Below, one piece after another: positions 59,297 to 64,000 of a stretch of DNA of 64,000 nt. A program made the translations under genes and the position numbers. Below the pieces are notes generated by a model. It ran no database searches, was not told the origin of the DNA, and saw only the letters and a list, made by a program, of their open reading frames with translations. Position 1 is the stretch's first letter. Each line of letters starts with the position of its first letter. Source of the stretch: an uncultured bacterium. Its GTDB lineage: Bacteria > SAR324 > XYD2-FULL-50-16. The stretch lies in the NCBI GenBank assembly GCA_965602905.1, contig CBFCZY010000016.1, positions 2,280 to 66,279 of the forward strand, read 5' to 3'.

Positions 59297-59485
59297 ATGG
59301 ATATGCTACCGATCATGATTTTTGTGTCCATCTTCTTAGGTGGTTTGGGGTTGGCAGGTGTCCTTTGGGGATTGAAAAATGAACAGTTTGATGACCCTGA
59401 AGGCAGCCGTTACCGCATACTGTTTGATGATGAAGAGGAAGACCGCTACCAAGAAAACCTAAAATCTAAAAAAAGAGAGATCTGA
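59297..59485 (+). CDS. ccoS: cbb3 maturation protein CcoS/FixS
   Basis: 62 aa with a single TM and an acidic C-terminus (DDEEEDRYQE). Confidence 0.7.
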   Translation: MDMLPIMIFVSIFLGGLGLAGVLWGLKNEQFDDPEGSRYRILFDDEEEDRYQENLKSKKREI

Positions 59486-60222
59486 TGGAAGGCCTGATCA
59501 TATCCCTGCCATTTTTTGCAGGTTTACTCGGTGGTTTGCATTGTTTAGGTATGTGTGGGCCAATTGTTTGTGCTTTTGGGGCAAGCTGTGGGCCTGATCG
59601 AAAGAAGGAATTTCACCTAGGCTACCAATCTGGTCGGTTGAGTTCCTACCTTGTCTTAGGGGCAGGGTTTGGCTATTTAGGAAGCCTTTTAGAAGAATCT
59701 CTACTGCTGGTTCGGTTGCAATCGGGCGCAGCTCTTTTTGGAGGGGCAGTGATGATTCTTTTTGCTTTAAGCCAAATCACAGGATTAGGGGTTGGTTTTG
59801 GCGGTTTTCAAGGGGCTATAGGCCAAAAACTAGGAAGCTTAGCTGCAAAAATCCAAAGATTAGGTAAGGGAAGTTGGTTTGTATTGGGTTCCATGACAGG
59901 CCTTCTGCCATGCGGCTTACTCTTTAGTTTGGAAGCCTTAGCCATGTCTACTGGCGACTGGTTTGGCGGTGTGGTGATCATGGGCCTTTTTTGGCTAGGC
60001 AGCCTCCCCTATCTATTGCTAGCAGGGGAATTAGCCAACAGGTTTAGTGCGAAATTACGTGGAAAAGGGCAGCAAATTTTGGCTGTGTTAATGCTCTTAA
60101 GTGGAATAGCTATTATTTACCACCGCTGGAGTATGCTTGAGTGGAGAGCAGCCTGCATCGAAAACGACCTTCTAGACCCCACAAGCAGTCTCCATTGGTT
60201 TCCCTTTGAGCTGTTTAATTGA
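59485..60222 (+). CDS. DsbD_2 / TauE-SafE-like membrane protein (HCxxMCGP motif), cbb3-cluster associated
   Basis: GGLHCLGMCGPIV motif. Multi-TM. The start overlaps the ccoS stop (TGATG). Confidence 0.65.
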   Translation: MEGLIISLPFFAGLLGGLHCLGMCGPIVCAFGASCGPDRKKEFHLGYQSGRLSSYLVLGAGFGYLGSLLEESLLLVRLQSGAALFGGAVMILFALSQITGLGVGFGGFQGAIGQKLGSLAAKIQRLGKGSWFVLGSMTGLLPCGLLFSLEALAMSTGDWFGGVVIMGLFWLGSLPYLLLAGELANRFSAKLRGKGQQILAVLMLLSGIAIIYHRWSMLEWRAACIENDLLDPTSSLHWFPFELFN

Positions 60223-60255
60223 CTCTACCTTCTTCAAAAAACTAGGGTTCCAATG

Positions 60256-62442
60256 TTAAATTACCAACTCAAGCCGAATGGGCGTGTATTTGTAACTTGG
60301 TTGCCTCGAGCTGGTATCAAATACTGGCTCTAAGAGTTGATTGACAGGGGCAAAATGCATGGGGATAAAGACCTCACCATATTTAACTTGGTTGGTTATC
60401 AAGGCCTTTGCTTTTACCACGGCTCTTTGACTGGTTACCATGACTCGATTCCCCTCTTGGATTCGCAACTCCCTCGCCTGCTCGGGGTTAATCTCTAGAT
60501 AAATTTCCTTAGGGGAAATCTTTTTTAGAATTGGCGAACGGTCTGTTCTGGTTCCTGTGTGCCACTGGGCGGAGCTACCCCTGCCAGTTAAAAGCACCAA
60601 GGGGAATTCTTTGTTTGTTACCTGTGGTGGAGCTGCCACCGCACCAAATAAAAACTTGGCTTTTTGGTCAGGGTGGAAGAACTTCCCATCGGCAAAAAGT
60701 CGGGTTTTACTGGGTCTTCTTAGGGGCCTTGGCCATTGCACCCCCCCTTGTTCTTCAATTTCTGTGTAGCCCCTAATGCCTGAAAAATTACAGGGTTGCC
60801 CCTTACTGATTTCTTGTAATGTGGCAAAAGCAACGGCTGGAGTAGCAAAGGCAGACTCTACCCAATCCAACCCAAATTTATTGGCTAGTTTTAAAAAAAT
60901 ATCAAAGTCTGTTTTTGCTTCACCTTTGATCGCTGAAACAGGGTTAACTTTGGAAAGCCTTCTTTCTGAATTGATCATAACCCCTTCCTTTTCTCCCCAG
61001 CCAGCAGCAGGTAAAAATAGATCTGCCTCTAAGGCTGTGGCTGTGTCACAAAAGATATCTTGTACCACCAGAAAGTCTAACTTTTCTCTCATTTTTTTGA
61101 GTTTTTCAGGCTCAATCCAAGAGTGAAATGGATTGGTAGCAATAACCCATAAAAATTTGATTTTTCCCTCTTCAATTTGCTCTAAAATCTGGTCATAGGC
61201 TAGCGAAGGCTGATCAGGAATTTTAGATTCATCCAGCTTTAAAATGGAGGCGATTTTTTTTCTGTCTCTTGGGCTAGCAAAGTCGTGGCCTCCAAGCAGA
61301 TTTGTAGTGTTGCTAAAAAGTCTGGAACCCATAGCGTTACATTGGCCTGTGATGGAGTTGGCACCTGTGCCAACTCTGCCAATGTTACCTGTCATCAAGG
61401 CTAGATTGATAATCGCTTGTGCCGTTAAAACAGCTTGGTGACCTTGGTTAACCCCCATGGTCCACCAGAAAGAAACTCGTTTTCCCTGGGCTATCGTGCT
61501 TGCTAGCTCTTGGATCTGGCTAAAGGTTAACCCTGTTTCTTCGGTAAGATTTAACAAATTAACGTTACTTAAAAAGTTCTTAAATGACTGAAATTCAACG
61601 GTATGGGTATCAATAAAACTCGGATCAATTGCATTTTTATCAATGAGTATTTTTGCCAATCCATAGAGTAGGCTCAAATCTGATTTGGCCTTTAAGGGGT
61701 AATGGCTTGTTGCCCCTTGGGCCGTTTTGGTATTTCTTGGGTCGATTACCAAAATTTTAGGGTCATGGGGATTTTGGACCACATGCTTCCACAATATGGG
61801 GTGGTTGATACAGGGGTTTGCCCCAATAAAAACCAAGACGTCAGACTCTTTTAAGTCTTCATAGCTAAAGGGGGGTGCATCAAAACCAAAGGACTGTTTG
61901 TAAGCGACAGCGCTGGTTGCCATGCACTGTCTTGTATTGCCGTCGCCTTCTTTTATCCCCAAACCGAACTTGGCAAGGCTACCGAGCAGAGCCATTTCTT
62001 CTGTGGTGATCTGGCCTGTAGATAAAAAGGCCGCCTCAGCGTTCCCCTTGGAATCTGTAACCGAGGTGAGTTTTTCTTTAAATAGGTTCAAGGCGGCATC
62101 CCAGCTAGATTGAGTAAACTCACCTGTTTCCCCTTTGATCAATGGGGTGGTTGCTCTGTCCTCTGCCAAAACAGGCGCCAAGGCTTGCCAACCCTTGGGG
62201 CATGCTTTTCCTAAGTTTACAGGGTGGCTTTTTTCTGGGCTGAGATTGATCGCCACGCCCTCTTTTTTATGTACCTGCAAGTTGCAACCTGTGGAGCAAT
62301 AGCCACAAACTAGGGATTGGGTTTTGTCCGGTTGGTGTGGCACTAGGCCCAAACCTTCTGGCCCAGTGGCTTTTTTGATGCTGTCCGTTAGTGGACCTTC
62401 TGTTTGTGTGACTAAGCTCTGTATTTTAGTTAAGAAGTTCAT
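60256..62442 (-). CDS. molybdopterin (MGD) oxidoreductase catalytic subunit, NasA/formate-dehydrogenase-like; no Tat signal
   Basis: N-terminal 4Fe-4S ligands CGYCSTGCN ... KACPKG. 728 aa. No RR motif in the first 40 residues. Confidence 0.7.
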   Translation of the reverse strand: MNFLTKIQSLVTQTEGPLTDSIKKATGPEGLGLVPHQPDKTQSLVCGYCSTGCNLQVHKKEGVAINLSPEKSHPVNLGKACPKGWQALAPVLAEDRATTPLIKGETGEFTQSSWDAALNLFKEKLTSVTDSKGNAEAAFLSTGQITTEEMALLGSLAKFGLGIKEGDGNTRQCMATSAVAYKQSFGFDAPPFSYEDLKESDVLVFIGANPCINHPILWKHVVQNPHDPKILVIDPRNTKTAQGATSHYPLKAKSDLSLLYGLAKILIDKNAIDPSFIDTHTVEFQSFKNFLSNVNLLNLTEETGLTFSQIQELASTIAQGKRVSFWWTMGVNQGHQAVLTAQAIINLALMTGNIGRVGTGANSITGQCNAMGSRLFSNTTNLLGGHDFASPRDRKKIASILKLDESKIPDQPSLAYDQILEQIEEGKIKFLWVIATNPFHSWIEPEKLKKMREKLDFLVVQDIFCDTATALEADLFLPAAGWGEKEGVMINSERRLSKVNPVSAIKGEAKTDFDIFLKLANKFGLDWVESAFATPAVAFATLQEISKGQPCNFSGIRGYTEIEEQGGVQWPRPLRRPSKTRLFADGKFFHPDQKAKFLFGAVAAPPQVTNKEFPLVLLTGRGSSAQWHTGTRTDRSPILKKISPKEIYLEINPEQARELRIQEGNRVMVTSQRAVVKAKALITNQVKYGEVFIPMHFAPVNQLLEPVFDTSSRQPSYKYTPIRLELVI

Positions 62443-62444
62443 AA

Positions 62445-63881
62445 TTACCCTGCCTCGCCTTGGGGCATCTGTGGGCCCAGTCCAACTTTAAAAAATAAAT
62501 GCCGCTCAATTAAGCTTCCGCAAAGAAGTCCGTAAAAAATAAAGGTTCCCAAGGTTTTTACATCGCCGACCTGTAAAACCCAAAGGGGGATAAATAGACC
62601 AAAAACCAAGATAGAATATTGCTGCAATAGCCATTCACCCCTTAACTTTGTGGTTAAAAGTTTATGGCTTTTGCCCAATAGACCTGTTGTCTTTTGGAAT
62701 TGAGTTAACTCATAGCCTACCCAAAGGAGGCTCACGGCCATAATTATCAGTAAAAGCTGGTGCGCCTCGCTTGCACGGGCAAAAGATAAAGCAAAGGAGG
62801 CCGATAAAATCAAACCTGTTAAGGGAAAACCAATCAAAGCCCTCGCCCCTTTCCAGTAGGGTCTGGGGGCTGTTTCATAAAGTTTGGCAGAGGAATAAAC
62901 CCCAAGGGCCCCAAAGATGGAGGCTAGAATCTTTAAAGGCAAGCTCAAGGCAAGACTAAAGGGAGGAGATAGCCCCAAGCCTGAAACTTGCCCAATAGCA
63001 AGAACTAACAAAAGTAGAGGTAGATAAACCCCAAGTAGTATTGCTTCACGGCTTAACCACGAAGTCTTAAGGCCTAAAAAAGCACGGTAGCTTTTAAGGG
63101 GGTGACCAAGGTGGAAGATGCTGGAGCCTAAACCAACCAGTAAAGTAACAGCCGCTAGGGCCTCAAGAAATTTAGCCTCCTCTAGAAAGAAGGAAAGGCC
63201 CAATAGGCCTAAAGAAAACTGGCTAAAAACTAAAAGCAAAACCAAAGGCAAATGGCCCTTGTCTGGTTTTCTTGTGGTCTCTAGACTTTTGTCATTTTGA
63301 GTAATATCCCCATTCACATAGTCTGTAGTGGGAAAGGTGAATTTTCGGTCTACCTCTATATTTAAGCTACTATGCATCCCCCCTGTAATTTCGTCCCTTG
63401 GTTTTACCACGATTTTAATGGCATCATTGGGGCAGCCCTGTTGGCAGGCCGTTTCTTCGCCAACTTCCAAGCGGTCGCTGCACATGTCGCATTTGCGCAC
63501 TATTTTAAGTTCTGGAATCCATTTTGGTGCATCATAGGGGCAACGTAATATACAATATTGGCAGCCAATACATTGGTCGTCTAAGTGTTTAACAATTCCT
63601 GTATTTTCGTCTTTAATGTAGGCACCAGTGGGGCAACCTGACATGCAAGCTGGGTCTAAACAATGGTGGCAAGAGGTGGTGATGGTTTGGCTGATTGAGC
63701 CAGTGGTAGATTCCACAACGCCTACGGTTCTCCAAGATTCTTCAGGTTGTAAACCATTCAAATTTTGGCAGGCTGTTACGCAGCCCTTACAACCAGTGCA
63801 GGCCTTTAAGTCGATTTCAAAGGCGTACTGCTCCCCATGGTTTGGGGTTTTTAAGGTAGAATTCATTGTTTTACTGGTCAA
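62445..63881 (-). CDS. fused 4Fe-4S ferredoxin (multi-cluster) and DmsC/NrfD-like polytopic membrane anchor
   Basis: The N-terminal 190 aa carry four Cys clusters (CTGCKGCVTAC, CHHCLDPAC, CIGCQYCILRC, CDMC...C). The C-terminal 280 aa have about 8 hydrophobic helices. It lies 2 nt upstream of the catalytic subunit. Confidence 0.7.
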   Translation of the reverse strand: MTSKTMNSTLKTPNHGEQYAFEIDLKACTGCKGCVTACQNLNGLQPEESWRTVGVVESTTGSISQTITTSCHHCLDPACMSGCPTGAYIKDENTGIVKHLDDQCIGCQYCILRCPYDAPKWIPELKIVRKCDMCSDRLEVGEETACQQGCPNDAIKIVVKPRDEITGGMHSSLNIEVDRKFTFPTTDYVNGDITQNDKSLETTRKPDKGHLPLVLLLVFSQFSLGLLGLSFFLEEAKFLEALAAVTLLVGLGSSIFHLGHPLKSYRAFLGLKTSWLSREAILLGVYLPLLLLVLAIGQVSGLGLSPPFSLALSLPLKILASIFGALGVYSSAKLYETAPRPYWKGARALIGFPLTGLILSASFALSFARASEAHQLLLIIMAVSLLWVGYELTQFQKTTGLLGKSHKLLTTKLRGEWLLQQYSILVFGLFIPLWVLQVGDVKTLGTFIFYGLLCGSLIERHLFFKVGLGPQMPQGEAG

Positions 63882-64000
63882 GTAAACTAGGCTTTATGGT
63901 TTATCCAAAAACTACTTTAAAGCTACCTACTTTCTTAACCTTCTTTCAAAGTGTGGTCTTCTGATAGGTGATTTTTTCTCCTGTGCATTACTCCAATTAA

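Noticed and set aside
1-64000. Search for tRNA, rRNA, CRISPR arrays, IS or transposase or integrase genes
   Set aside because: No T-loop-like GGTTCGAATCC motifs in intergenic regions, no regularly spaced identical repeats, and no ORF with transposase or integrase signatures. The only repeat found is the 19-bp tandem at 27436.

Overview
The 64-kb window is dense chromosomal DNA from a diderm (Gram-negative) bacterium. Coding density is about 90 percent on both strands. I found no rRNA, tRNA, CRISPR array, transposase or integrase. By eye the GC content is near the mid-40s. The abundance of hybrid sensor kinases, 7TMR-DISM receptors and MORN repeats fits a signalling-rich delta/Oligoflexia-type proteobacterium, but I cannot assign taxonomy from sequence alone.

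Content from start to end:
- 1..3110: a partial Na/Pi cotransporter on the minus strand, then an arsenic operon of ArsR, ArsP organoarsenical permease, a thioredoxin-like protein, an AhpD-like protein with a Cys tail, and an LMW-PTP-type ArsC.
- 3156..13972: a block of signalling genes. It holds a stand-alone GAF protein, a 1030-aa HAMP-GAF-HPt-HATPase CheA-like sensor, an ABC-F ATPase, a small c-type cytochrome, a hybrid histidine kinase and an EAL-CBS-GGDEF protein.
- 14005..19014: putA followed by two translationally coupled enzymes. I suggest a likely arginine/citrulline to ornithine to proline to glutamate route.
- 19035..20045: a rho gene whose N-terminal RNA-binding domain appears replaced by a short basic tail, with no canonical start codon.
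- 20113..30154: two 7TMR-DISM kinases (the second lies further on), a pair of TerB-like paralogs (the partner is at 50060..50944), envelope proteins (an OmpA-like coiled-coil protein and a lipoprotein), an SGNH hydrolase, a TetR regulator and an MCP-like protein.
- 30376..31953: a DUF2235 (Tle1-type) lipase sitting next to a relic of a receiver domain.
- 32289..36350: an MltF-like lytic transglycosylase with tandem SBP domains, a roughly 24-repeat MORN protein and a small Pro-rich lipoprotein.
- 39265..43262: a tightly coupled three-gene operon of a corrinoid (B12-binding) protein, a URO-D/MtaA-family methyltransferase and a hybrid histidine kinase with an unknown N-terminal domain. This is the candidate novel system.
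- 43403..50944: a Crp-family regulator, an SDR, DUF2141 and DedA proteins, a LysR regulator with leuCD-like genes, a membrane adenylate cyclase and the second TerB-like paralog.
- 51664..63881: a complete cbb3 oxidase cluster ccoNOQP-ccoGHIS with a DsbD_2/TauE-like gene, then a cytoplasmic molybdopterin oxidoreductase with a fused FeS and DmsC-like anchor subunit.

The ORF track uses ATG, GTG and TTG as M, so several listed starts are probably over-extended. ORFs running off the window edge are not listed in it.
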